Of a DNA stretch of 28,837 bases, positions 12,324 to 24,290 are shown piece by piece; position 1 is the first letter of the stretch, and every line of letters starts with the position of its first letter. The stretch covers positions 217,137,949-217,166,785 of the forward strand of contig JANKJI020000002.1 of assembly GCA_024626585.2 (NCBI GenBank), given 5' to 3'. The notes beneath the pieces were generated by a model that saw only the letters and a list, made by a program, of their open reading frames with translations, made no database searches and had not been told where the DNA came from. Source of the DNA: Ginkgo biloba. Its lineage: Eukaryota > Plantae > Ginkgophyta. Both the position numbers and the translations under genes were made by a program.

Positions 12324-15300
12324 NNNNNNNNNNNNNNNNNNNNNNNNNNNNNNNNNNNNNNNNNGAAGGGATTTAATCCTATAATGAAATGTTTCAAGAT
12401 CATATTAGGTCCCTTAAACCCTTTTTATGGAATTTTTTCCCCTCCTTCTCACCCTTCATATCTTTCAGGTCACACTTGCTAAACTTTCAAACTTCAAACA
12501 CCACCTTCATTGAAGCATGTATGCACATTTTTAATTAACTAGAATTCATTTTCCACTTAGTTCTATGAGATTAAATGGGAGGGTGATGTTTATTTACACT
12601 AGCCTAAAATTTAAAAGTTTGAACACCAACAAGGCCTTCCTTTACTTCCATTTAATTCACATTTAGTTCTACATGTTANNNNNNNNNNNNNNNNNNNNNN
12701 NNNNNNNNNNNNNNNNNNNNNNNNNNNNNNNNNNNNNNNNNNNNNNNNNNNNNNNNNNNNNNNNNNNNNNNNNNNNNNTCTTTAAAATAATAACTACTTA
12801 CTTACAACATTATATGTATACACAACACATAGCCTATAAATATTATTATGAGGGTTAAAATTTAATTATTTTGTAATCACATCATTTATTCAAATATGAC
12901 CCTTAATAAAATATCTAATATCATAAAATAAAAATTAATGAGAATTGAAATTAATCCTATTTCCAATTGTTCAAAAAACCTATTTTTTATGATAANNNNN
13001 NNNNNNNNNNNNNNNNNNNNNNNNNNNNNNNNNNNNTCCTTTAAACTATTTTTTTTTTTTTTTTTAAATTATCATATAAACATATTTGAATAATTTTACA
13101 TAATATTAAAATAACAAAATATAGAGAAAGGGAGGGCTACCTTTTTCTTTCACTATTTATTTTTATTTATATGCTGGTAAAAGAAAATAATAACATACCA
13201 TTCAATAATTGAATAGCCTAATATGTAAGGCCTTGATCATAATTTTAGAAAATAAATTTAAATTTATAAGTTATTTGTTTGTCCCAAGAATTATGTGAAG
13301 GAAACCAATAACATTATGTAAACATTTAGAGTTATAGAAGGAATAATTTAGAACTTGTTGGTTGATTGGTTTTTTTTTGTTGTTTAGTTAATTGGGATTA
13401 TTGGTATAAATGATCAGTTATATGTAGTTTTCTTGGGATTAGGTGGAGTTAGTGTTTGAATCTGAAGAACGTTGTGAGTCCACAATGTGGATACTCATAG
13501 ATCACCCCTCAAAAGAAGAAAATATTGATGTGGATTGGCACCCCTCATATTGATGATCTCAGTTTAATGCTAACTCATCATTTAATTCATGGCAAATGGG
13601 TAAGAAGATCTCAATTGAGTCTAAAATGCTATTATATCTTGTGGCAACTATAAATTTCACCATAATTTATCACTATTATTTGGGATCTATCACTTATATC
13701 TATAATCTTCGCCATAATTTGTTGGTATTTTGGAGAAGCCATCACTACTTATATATCATCAATCTTGCTATCATATCTTGGAAAAATATAATTATAGGAA
13801 TTTTTTCATAAATTATGGTGAATATCTCAACCATATTAACTCTCTCTATTTCTCCACCCATTTTTTCTTCTTTGTGCAGAGAACCAACTATTTGGTTGGC
13901 ATTATGATACTAAACATGCGTAGCACATTAGAGACATNNNNNNNNNNNNNNNNNNNNNNNGGAGATGCTAGATAATTGTGGGTTCCAAGTGAATAGAGAT
14001 GTTGATTTGTAGGTCATAGTAGCCTGTCTTCCATCCATTTTGACCAATGATATTCTCAATTACATTTAGGATACTTCTATCCATAATTATCACATTAATA
14101 GCTCATTGGATTTTCTACACAGTCTTACAGGGGCGGTGTTGTTGGGTGCATGTGCATATGTGTGTGCAAACTATAAGTTATTATCCTTGTAAATTATATC
14201 TAATATGTTCCTTGGAATTATTTCTACAACATTAAAGTCCCCCCCTGCCCACTCTCAATATGTGTGTGTTCACGTGGGTGGGTGTGTCNNNNNNNNNNNN
14301 NNNNNNNNNNNNNNNNNNNNNNNNNNNNNNNNNNNNNNNNNNNNNNNNNNNNNNNNNNNNNNNNNNNNNNNNNNNNNNNNNNNNNNNNNNNNNNNNNNNN
14401 NNNNNNNNNNNNNNNNNNNNNNNNNNNNNNNNNNNNNNNNNNNNNNNNNNNNNNNNNNNNNNNNNNNNNNNNNNNNNNNNNNNNNNNNNNNNNNNNNNNN
14501 NNNNNNNNNNNNNNNNNNNNNNNNNNNNNNNNNNNNNNNNNNNNNNNNNNNNNNNNNNNNNNNNNNNNNNNNNNNNNNNNNNNTACCACACACTAACTAG
14601 TACAAACCCATGGAAAATAATTTTCATAATAACTCTCCTCTAATGTGTAAATCATAATTCATTCTCATATGAACATTTGAATTTAAATACATAATAAGGA
14701 AATTGTATTATGAATGCTTATTTAATTGAAATACACAACAACAAAATAAAATGAATCATTGGAATTATCCATATGTATGCACAATTGAATAAATAATCAT
14801 CTTCATGGTGAAAACACATATTTTCTCTTACATATATGGATTAATAAGATGGTGAATACAAAAATGTATTATTTAAATAAATATGGGCATGCCATCCATA
14901 GTAGCATAATGTATTACATGTATATGTATCGAGTGAACTTGTGATTATAAGATATATTTTGGGGTTATTTTTCCTTGTGTATCCATAGATTTTAAAATAT
15001 TAGTTGTGTAGATGATGTGGGATAATTGGATAAATTTAACTGTCATAATAATGTATATTATGACTATATATACTATGACTAATTATTGAGATATCCATTT
15101 TAATAAATATGGTACATTCATTCTATTGTTTGGGATCCTTATAAATATTAACCAATATTAATCTATTGGCATCCTCTAGTTTAAACCATTGATAATCTAC
15201 TTCAATAATTGTGTGAGATTTCATTTTTAATTTTTGGAANNNNNNNNNNNNNNNNNNNNNNNNNNNNNNNNNNNNNNNNNNNNNNNNNNNNNTAAAAGGA

Positions 15301-15934
15301 TTATTATCATTTTAATAGAACTTAAGAAAAAATATTTTAATTATTTCTATGGTCCACCATACATTTTTCTTTCATATAACTACTTTCTTCTATTTTAGGA
15401 TTTTCTATGGTGCAATATATTTTCTTTAGGATTTTCTAATTATTGGGTTAACTCCTATTTGATTGAATTTATTTAGTATCTCATTATGTATAGAAGGGAT
15501 TAACAATTATATATTAACAATAATTAAGAAACTTAATTTTGATTCAAACTTGATGTTTATGAAGATAAAATGTAATCTTTAATAAGCAAGCAACACTTAA
15601 GACAAAAAATTAAAACATAAAATGCTAAGTCAAAAATTTTATAAGTTTCTTATTGTTACACTAGATTATTCAAATAGGACACATTGAATAATAGTATAAA
15701 TGGTGTATATATTGATTAACAAATGGTGGAACAATACATAATAGACTATATTAAAAGCATGTTAATACTAGAAACTAAATTAATATTTCCTTTACTAGAT
15801 GGTGTGTTAATTGGGCATAGCAAATATATACCCCACTGTATGAAAGGTTCTTCTATAGATACTAGTTAGAGTGGCATAACTCCAAGATTTTCTTTCCCAA
15901 TGAATTCTTAATAGGATATATAGGAATTAACCAC

Positions 15935-16618
15935 TTTAAAAGTATCTTGAAATAAATCAGGCCAATAGTATCCTTCTCTCAAGATTGCATGAGCAGTGGA
16001 ATTCCCTGAGGGGTGCCTACTCCCTATCCTTTTATGAAAATTGGCCATAACCTGATCTACCTCTCCCTTGTGACACATTAGAGATAGATCCCCTGATAAT
16101 TTTTTTGGTATAGGACCCCTTTCCTCAACATATAATGAGAAGCTCTAAGATTTAGAGCTCTCCTTTGAACTCTATTGAGTTCTAAGGGATAATATCCATG
16201 AGAAAGAAAATGGATAATTTAAGAATGCCAATTGTCTTGGCCCATCAGTGCTTAATCCATTTAGAAGACAGTAAGTCTAGGATCTACTTCTGCAATTGCT
16301 TTCACTAAACGTTGACCCCTCATGATTTTGGCAGACTCAATGTTGATATCAAATTCCTAAAGCCTGGCCATCCACTTTCTTCTTCTTTCACCTAATTCAT
16401 TTTGCCCCAACATGAGTTTTACTGCCAGATCCGACACAATTGTATGAAATTTATTTTGGAGGATGTAATGTCTAATTTTTTTCACTGCCCTCACCAATGC
16501 ATAGGCCTTCTTATCCAAGATGGAGTACTTCAACTTTGCATCCTTCAAAGTAATACTCACAAAGGCTATGGGATGCTCTCTAAAATCTCTCTTCTGTGTT
16601 AGGACTGTAGTGATGGAA
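15935..16618 (-). mobile_element. Decayed Ty3/gypsy pol fragment (RNase H and integrase zinc-finger region), possibly Tat/Athila-like
   Basis: SITTVLTQK...EHPIAFVSITLKDAKLKYSILDKKAYALVRAVKKIRHYILQNKF...WMARL*EFDINIE (RNase H). It is followed by GVLYQKNYQGIYL...ANFHKRIGSRHPSGNSTAHAILREGYYWPDLFQDTFKVV (integrase H2C2 region, GYYWP motif). Confidence 0.9.
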
Positions 16619-16718
16619 NNNNNNNNNNNNNNNNNNNNNNNNNNNNNNNNNNNNNNNNNNNNNNNNNNNNNNNNNNNNNNNNNNNNNNNNNNNNNNNNNN
16701 NNNNNNNNNNNNNNNNNN

Positions 16719-17659
16719 CTATATTTCATTCGTTTGAACCAGCAAAATATAGCAAGAACAGGTGCCATGAGGAGAAGTAGAGAAGGTACAGTAATACCAA
16801 CAATTAATCCTTTGGAGTGGTGCTTTGGGTTTTTGTGTGTGAAGGAAGGGAGACGGCAGAGATTCAAGGGGTGCTTTGGGTTTTTGTGTGCGAAGGAAAG
16901 GAGAAGGGAGAGATCCAAGGGGAGTGCCATACCATTGGTGGTGAAGCTCCACGCCAGAATGTAGTGGTGTTCGACAAGGGTTCCTGTAGCAGCACAAAAT
17001 CCAACATACATCTGCTCTTGGAGGACTGTAGACAGATCAAGATTTCGAATAGATATCAGTGGCCGGACAGGCCTAGGCGATCCAGCTAATGCTACGGTGA
17101 CTTGAAGCTGCTTCTGAAAATGATCATATTCAATCCAGGCTTGGATTTTCTGACTACTTTTGAGATGTAATTCCTGGAAACGTTTGCCATCCCAGTATCG
17201 CGCAGCCGTAGGCTCTCGAGACTTGAGGTTCATGTTGAAATCCACACCGACGTGATTGTCGTTGATATCTTGAAATTCAGGAGTTATGCTTGTGTCGAAG
17301 TTAACTGCAAACGGATGATTAGACTGACAGTCCTTGAGAGATTTGTAGGGCGTCATAATGAAAGACAGTCCATGGCCACCTAGTCCAGTAGTAGGAGGAG
17401 GAGTCACAATGGAGAAAACGAAGGTAGTGCTAAACGATAAAACTGTATTGTTGTTTTTCATGTGCACAGGATTAGAGTAGAGAGCACCGCCAATCGAATG
17501 ATTTGTTAGTTGGATAACACCGGAGGTGAATGAAGCATCTTTTATGAGAATCAAGTTGGAGGGGGTATTGAAGTTGTTGAAGATGAAAGTGGTTTGGGCG
17601 TGCTGATCATCAGGCTGGGCACCATTGAGCAATGCAAAGAAGATGAGAAGGAAAAGCAT
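16719..17659 (-). CDS. L-type (legume) lectin receptor-like kinase family, N-terminal part (signal peptide, Lectin_legB, TM); 3' end lost at the N gap and kinase domain not seen
   Basis: Signal peptide MLFLLIFFALLNGAQP. Lectin motifs TFIFNNF, IQLTN, SFSTTFVFSI, GGHGLSF, AVNFDT...EFQDINDNHVGVDFN, AWIEYD, EQMYVGFCAATG...HYILAWSF. TM LIVGITVPSLLLLMAPVLAIFCWF followed by the basic stop-transfer KRMKY. No intron in this part, as usual for LecRKs. Confidence 0.93.
16820..16921 (-). repeat. In-frame 51-bp tandem duplication in the LecRK extracellular stalk
   Basis: 16820-16870 and 16871-16921 encode PLNLCRLPSFTHKNPKH and PLDLSLLLSFAHKNPKH. Confidence 0.92.
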
Positions 17660-17699
17660 CGTAACAGTCAGTATTGTCCTACGGATAGACTTCCGAGCA

Positions 17700-18010
17700 T
17701 TAGGAGATGAGAGTCAAGGCATATATAATGTTCGCTGAGGTATTAATTTGTAAATTCATTGACATGACAAGACGGCTACCGGAAACTCTCTCCTCACACG
17801 CATTCGTCGTAACGAATCTGACTGATGAATATAAACGCGAGGTTTTGGACGGTGGGTTGTAATGTTGTTCATTCGTTGGAAGGTTATGGACGGTGGGTAA
17901 GGGTGTAATGTTGTTCATTAGTTGAAAGTTAAAAGAGTCCAGTCAATCGGTAGAGTCAAAGTAAACAATAGTCGACGATCGCTTTGGCAAGGAAGCAATC
18001 AACGCGTATG
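17700..18010 (-). promoter_or_regulatory. Putative LecRK proximal promoter: TATA-like element, three W-boxes, CGCG box
   Basis: Minus-strand TTATATAT at ~17721-17728. TTGACT W-boxes at 17712-17717, 17941-17946 and 17954-17959. ACGCGT at 18002-18007. Motif-only evidence. Confidence 0.45.
17846..17931. repeat. 41/45-bp tandem duplication in the LecRK promoter
   Basis: tggacggtgggttgtaatgttgttcattcgttggaaggtta / tggacggtgggtaagggtgtaatgttgttcattagttgaaagtta. Confidence 0.85.
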
Positions 18011-18142
18011 CTTTTTTTTTTTTTTTTAATGTAGACATAGTATAAAAGAGTACGTAATCCTATCAAATTAAGGTAGTTAATATTGTGGAAATAAAGAATT
18101 TATTGCACAAGGCAAAATCTTTATCGTTGTAAATAATTATTA

Positions 18143-18367
18143 AAAAATCAAATCACATATATGTGATTTTATTTGTAGCGCCAATAGACACAATCTTCTT
18201 ATGCGCATATGACCCCTTCCCCCTATTTGTTTTTGCTTTCGCTACGTAACTGGGGCGATCACATGNNNNNNNNNNAAAAACAAAGAGGGGGAGAGGATCA
18301 TATGCGCATAGGGAGATTGCGCCTATCGGTGCAACAAATAAAATCACATATAGGTGATTTGATTTTC
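18143..18367. mobile_element. Hairpin MITE with ~90-bp inverted arms and TA flanks (Tc1/mariner, Stowaway-like)
   Basis: The left arm aaaatcaaatcacatatatgtgattttatttgtagcgcc...ccccctatttgttttt pairs with the right arm aaaaacaaagaggggg...aaatcacatataggtgatttgattttc. TA lies at 18141-42 and 18368-69. Confidence 0.75.
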
Positions 18368-19276
18368 TAGTGGCAACGAGAAGGAGATGGGTAATTACGT
18401 CGATAAATGGGAGTAATGTATTTCATTTAAACAAATATTAAAAACAATTATTGAATGAAGAACATAAGGGCAAAGACACATGTTATAAACGCAATAAAAA
18501 ATATTAGAAAGGACATTAATGTGTAGATAGAAAATTAGATTTTTATGAAGCAAATAATAAAGATTACGTGGAAGAAAGNNNNNNNNNNNNNNNNNNNNNN
18601 NNNNNNNNNNNNNNNNNNNNNNNNNNNNNNNNNNNNNNNNNNNNNNNNNNNNNNNNNNNNNNNNNNNNNNNNNNNNNNGTTAAATAATATATACTCTGCT
18701 GTAATTATTTTCTTATATTAAAATTACGCCTGATTATTTAGATAGATGTGGGAGAGCTTCTAATGTCTAAAAAACCAATTAACACTAATAATTACATCAT
18801 AAAAAACACTATGCTTTAAGGAAATAACTACTGAAGGCTCTGTGACTAAAGTTAAATGTTTTGTAATAGATTTCATGATTAAAGGTAAAACTTATCACTA
18901 AAATTGACTTTTTAAAAATATTACAAACTCCATCATTGATGAATATATATATATATTTTTTGGAAAAGGTAAAAAGTTAATTTATATTAATATGATACAA
19001 GATGCATATATGACTATGGGATTAATGATCCAAAGGAGCCAGATGGACTAGGAAGTAAGAAAGAAAGGTTAAAAAGTTAGACAATAGAGACATGCCACTA
19101 ACTAGTACAACCTATAACAAAGATTATTATACCATAAACCATATAACATAATATCAAAGCTATAAGGTCTAGAAATTCTATTGCTACTAAGCATATAACA
19201 TGATCTGAAATAACTAGCAAAATTTATGTTCACAGTCCTTGAGCCTGAAGTGCCATTTTAGGATTCATCTAAATCT

Positions 19277-19874
19277 TATTGGATGTGTTTCATCTTTGCA
19301 ATGAAATTTGGCTAAGAAATATTCTTTGTAAACTATTAGTTTGGTACAATGATTGATAACTACAAATGATACTAGTCAGTAGGGACTGGTAAATACAAAG
19401 GATGCCATTTAGTCTGTTAAGTGACTGGTAACTCCTGCAGATCGACTAGTAGCTATAGTCGACAACCAAAAATAAATTAAATGGCAAGCAATGACAAGTT
19501 ATGAAATTTTATGCACGTGAATAAAAAGGATATTTTAAGGGATGCCTGATATATAGGGCTGGCCATTTTGCATATATAAATAATACATTTGAATCTTATT
19601 TTAGTAAGATAAGATAGAAAGATAAAAACCAAGTAAAGAGATATTACAGTTATACAAAGTGTAACTAAATAGAGATTACAACTTTGATAATTTGTTAATA
19701 AAAATTGTAGAGACGGACATATCTTTATAGTATTTTTGCTGGTTTTTCTCATAAGGGTTTTCCAGGGTAAATCTCTGTGTTATCTTTATGTGTGTGCCAT
19801 TATTTATTTTTTGTGTGATTCTGAAGTGCCGCTCTTCTTGAGTAAAGTTCTTTAAACTTTCTGCTGGTATCATA
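19277..19874 (+). mobile_element. Probable LTR with degenerate tRNA-Met PBS
   Basis: U5-like gggttttccagggtaaatctctgtgtt (~19755), repeated gactggta/actagt motifs, and tggtatcata at 19865-19874 (compare TGGTATCAGAGC). The left boundary is approximate. Confidence 0.45.
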
Positions 19875-20565
19875 ATTTAATGACTGATATTTCATATTAG
19901 ATTATATGGTTTACCAACAAGTTTGTAAACTCTAAGAACATCTTAATGATATGTTTTAGTATTATATTGTAATTAATTTTACTTTATTAAGTATTGATCT
20001 AACGATAGTTAGCCTTTTGATTCCTATAGTGAATATTTAGCCAACCATAGTTAACTATCTACTTGATCATGATTAAATGTAGGTTAACCAAATTCATGTG
20101 TGGNNNNNNNNNNNNNNNNNNNNNNNNNNNNNNNNNNNNNNNNNNNNNNNNNNNNNNNNNNNNNNNNNNNNNNNNNNNNNNNNNNNNNNNNNNNNNNNNN
20201 NNNACAAAAAGAAAAGAGTAGAATGACAAAAAATATGTCACCCTACTCCTAAAAAAACCAAATAAACACCACTACAAACAAGAATATGAGTATAAGTTAT
20301 ATGAGTTTCTTGTATGAATCAAATGAACCATTCCAAAAATATCAAAACCATTACCTATCTCTTTAACAACTCAATAACAAGTTTATAAAATTTGAATGAC
20401 TCATAGAATCATAGTAAACCAAAGGAGAGTGCCAAAGTTTTGGTATGAGCAAGTTAGGGTCAAGGAGCATTTTCACCTCATACATTAAAAAAACCAAGGT
20501 TGTTTCTGAACAAAATTAATAACCTATCAAATAAGTTGATTTCATAACTTGTCAAAAAACCATAG

Positions 20566-20771
20566 GCTCTAATATCATATTAGAAAAGAAAAAAAATGAA
20601 AGATACTACTCTCAATAAGTTAGAATTAGAATCATACTCATAAAGAAACGAATGATACCATATTAAATAAGAATGAGAGAATCATACTCTCAAAGAGAAT
20701 ACACCTATATGTGAGAAACTTCACAATCTCTCAATTGCTAAAATGAGGAAATACTTTACATATTTATAAGA
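20566..20771 (-). mobile_element. Degenerate PBS-Met plus adjoining LTR remnant
   Basis: gctctaatatca (20566-20577) approximates the reverse complement of TGGTATCAGAGC. LTR-like sequence follows, ending in tatttataag before a gap. Confidence 0.4.
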
Positions 20772-23687
20772 NNNNNNNNNNNNNNNNNNNNNNNNNNNNN
20801 NNNNNNNNNNNNNNNNNNNNNNNNNNNNNNNNNNNNNNNNNNNNNNNNNNNNNNNNNNNNNNNNNNNNNNTATTTTAATATTTATAAAAATAAACTAAGA
20901 CTATGACCTTAGATTTATAAATTAAACATCATTTTCTAACAAAAACAACCACCATATGGTGGTGAGTCCCTTCATTTATATATTCTTTCATTAATTATTC
21001 TAATTTGAGAAATTATAAGATAATAAAGCATTTTAATTTTATGTAATATCTCACTAATAATAATGTAATATATAGTACCATGTGTTTTTTATTTAAAAAA
21101 ATCATAAATATTGTTTATTATTTGTAGTCTTAATGTATATATCAACTTCCATAAAATCCAATAAAAACTTGGGTCCAACTAGTGCATAGAAGATTCCTTT
21201 CAAGATATTATTATTAAGTCAACAAGGAGTATAATATATATATAATAAATTAGTGGCACACACCTAATAATAAGAAAATACTATACATAATACATGAATT
21301 CATACCCTATGTTGGGGTTTAATCATGTATTATGAGCCTTAATGTAAGGTTAGTTTGGTAAGAAGAAGAAAATTATAGCTCTTAATAATATGTACCTATG
21401 GTAAATAATGGTCAGCAAATATTTTTTTTTATGCCAAGTATCCAAATATATGAATATATAGTTTTATTAATGAATTAAAATCCAATAATAAACATAAAAA
21501 AAATTCATTCTCAAAATGCAATTGAGAAGTCAACAAAATGATAACACATACCTACCTTTCAATTGTTCACTTAATAGGTTGCCCTTATAAATAATGAAGT
21601 GTTATTAGATTATGAAAGAGCATGAGACAACAAAAAATAATGAAAGCACCATACTTGTCACAACCTCAACTAATGAAAGGGGCCTCTCTTAATTTAAATT
21701 AGATTTGAATACANNNNNNNNNNNNNNNNNNNNNNNNNNNNNNNNNNNNNNNNNNNNNNNNNNNNNNNNNNNNNNNNNNNNNNNNNNNNNNNNNNNNNNN
21801 NNNNNNNNNNNNNTGAGACCAATGGGTCCATTAAAGTGGATATTGAGCCCAAAGGTACAGTTCTTCTGTGCCTCATTTCCCTGCTTTCGTCTTGTTCCAA
21901 CATTCCAATGGACCTACTTGTGTAAAGTAAAAGGTCTAGCTACCATTGTGACTGGGTCAGGCCTTGGATATGTTCATTGGACACTTGCAACTACCACAGG
22001 ACCACTATTGAGGAACTTGGATACTAATGATCAATAGGCAATAATAAATGCTCAGTGTTGTCACTTGAAGGCGAAAGGTCAAGGAAGACAATCGTTGGAA
22101 GGTGAAGGGTCGTGGATGGTAAGTGGAGTGTAAAAGATCATCATAAGCTGAAAAGTCATTGCAAGATGAAGTGGGGTTAAAGGTCACTAGAAGATGAAGA
22201 GTCGGAGAAGGCCATATGAAGTAAAAAACCAAAGCTCAAGGAGACCATGGGTCATTTTGTGAGTGTGTGCAGTACAAATGGACAAAGGAATTATGAGTAG
22301 AGCTCATGGCCCATGGGAGCTTCAATAGATGCATTTGAGTATTAGATAGAGCCAGTATGTGTTTTGGGTGTAATTATGGTTTTTGGTCGGTGAAACCATC
22401 TAGCTTTTCGGCCAATTTGTGTTGTGGTTTGCCTCCTTTGCTTCTTACAGAGTTGAGAGGAANNNNNNNNNNNNNNNNNNNNNNNNNNNNNNNNNNNNNN
22501 CTATATCTTCACTGGAATAATTATGGGCGTGTCTTCATTCTTGTATTTGTTGAGGGAGTTTTATGATTGCTAAAGAAACAAAATGAGGTAGATAATGTTG
22601 TTAGTTGTTCAGAAATCTTTGCAACAAGCACCCACATTTGTGTTTTTGTTTACTTTTATCTTTGAAGTTGAGGAAATTTTGGCTGAAAACAAATCTAACA
22701 AGATTGAAATGGCAAATATAACTTCACCATCTACCGAAACTGTCATATGGTGTCCGTATACTAAATCAGAACAAATTATCTCCTTCAGAAACTATTTTGT
22801 AAGTTAACAATCAGTAGTTCCTTTATCTACAAGACTATCATTAGAAGGGATTGATAAATAATTTATGACCATATTCCTATCAGGGCACAAGAATGGAGTA
22901 ACAAACTATTTTGCAATGACATAGATATGAAATGAAGGCATACTTACTTGTAGATTTTGATTTATAGGACCCTCTCACCTAGGTAGAGATAAAATAAATC
23001 TACATGTATTTTTCCATGGAGATCAAATTTGGGCCCTCATCGTTCCCAAAAACCAAGTCTTCCATCTTCTATCCTTCAATAATAACTTCTTTATCCTATA
23101 GAAAATCAATATGGTCTTCTTCTATACCCAAGGATTCTAACTAGATGACATGACCGAGAAAATCAATGACTGGTCCCTCAATGTCACCCTAACCTCTCTG
23201 ATTTGAAATCACCTACATACTCATATGCACAATATTTGTAGTAAAAAACCACTCCATATGACCCTCCAAATATTTTTTCTTGAAAATTGGCACCTCCTTC
23301 TTTGCCTACTCTATAATTAGTTTATAATATTGGTCTTTAGTGTTCTCCTCAGTTTCTACATCTATAGGATACCCTAAAGTTTAAGCATATAAAAATAATT
23401 CTTTAAATTTAATTCATCAGTGATCATGTGGCTTTGTTACTCCCTTTGGTTCCTTATTTCTTAGATACATCCTTCTATCTATCCATATCAATCCCCATAA
23501 CTTCTAGAGTTAGTTGAGAATTATCCTTTTTTATTAATTGGGCCTTAATTCTAACTTCAATTTTAGAAGGTTGGTTTTTGNNNNNNNNNNNNTTATATCG
23601 TAACTAGATCTATTTTATTCTCCTTAGGATGCATGTGAGAGGGTCTAGATATGGATTGGCCTACACTCCCATTATTTGTCATTAGAG

Positions 23688-24290
23688 GGCACTATTTAAC
23701 CAAATGATCATACTTTCTATATTAGATACATCTAAATGGAACTCCCTCATAATCTATTTTTTTAACTAGATTATGATCTCCAATAATTAGTTCCACATCC
23801 TTAGGGAGTCCTTTCATTATATTAATATTGAAATAGATCNNNNNNNNNNTTGGCATAAGTAGTTATCTTATTCTCTTTCCTTAAATATGAAAATATTACA
23901 AACTAACCTATGAAATTCTTGATCAACTCAAAAGTATGGTGATTCCATAAATGTAGAGACAAAAAAGGTACTCTAAACCAAATCAAAACCTTAACCAGGA
24001 TTTCACTCTGTAGGTTAAATTCTAGGTACCAAAGATAGACACTCAAACCCTTACCTCCTATAAACCATGAACACTTTTCCAAGATTCTCAATTTCTCCTC
24101 CATACTACCAAAGATCACTATAAAATAGCCTATTCCTACCAGAAAAATACCATTTAGCTCTACACCAATTTTATCCATGTCGCATTAATCCATTGCTCCA
24201 AGCTCCATGGAGACATCCATAGCCCATTAAATCTTTAAATATACCCCATCTCTTGAATATGGTGTCTCTCCTAGGATGAAGAGGTCTCAT
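23688..24290 (-). mobile_element. Decayed L1 LINE ORF1 (DUF4283 plus zinc knuckle)
   Basis: RFNGLWMSPWSLEQWIN...GYFIVIFGSMEEKLRILEKCSWFIGGKGLSVYLWYLEFNLQSEILVKVLIWFRVPFLSLHLWNHHTFELIKNFIG, then KGLPKDVELIIGD...IDYEGVPFRCI*YRKYDHLVK*CP (decayed CX2CX4HX4C). Confidence 0.88.

Noticed and set aside
16580-16718. C-terminal extension of the 359-aa ORF (…FHHYSPNTEERF) or a LecRK-gypsy fusion protein
   Set aside because: Created by translating through Ns. The tail is an off-frame reading of gypsy RNase H.
16402-17089. Plus-strand and alternative-frame ORFs overlapping the LecRK and gypsy
   Set aside because: Antisense or shadow frames of recognised coding sequence.
18153-18347. 64-aa ORF
   Set aside because: Lies within the hairpin MITE and spans Ns.
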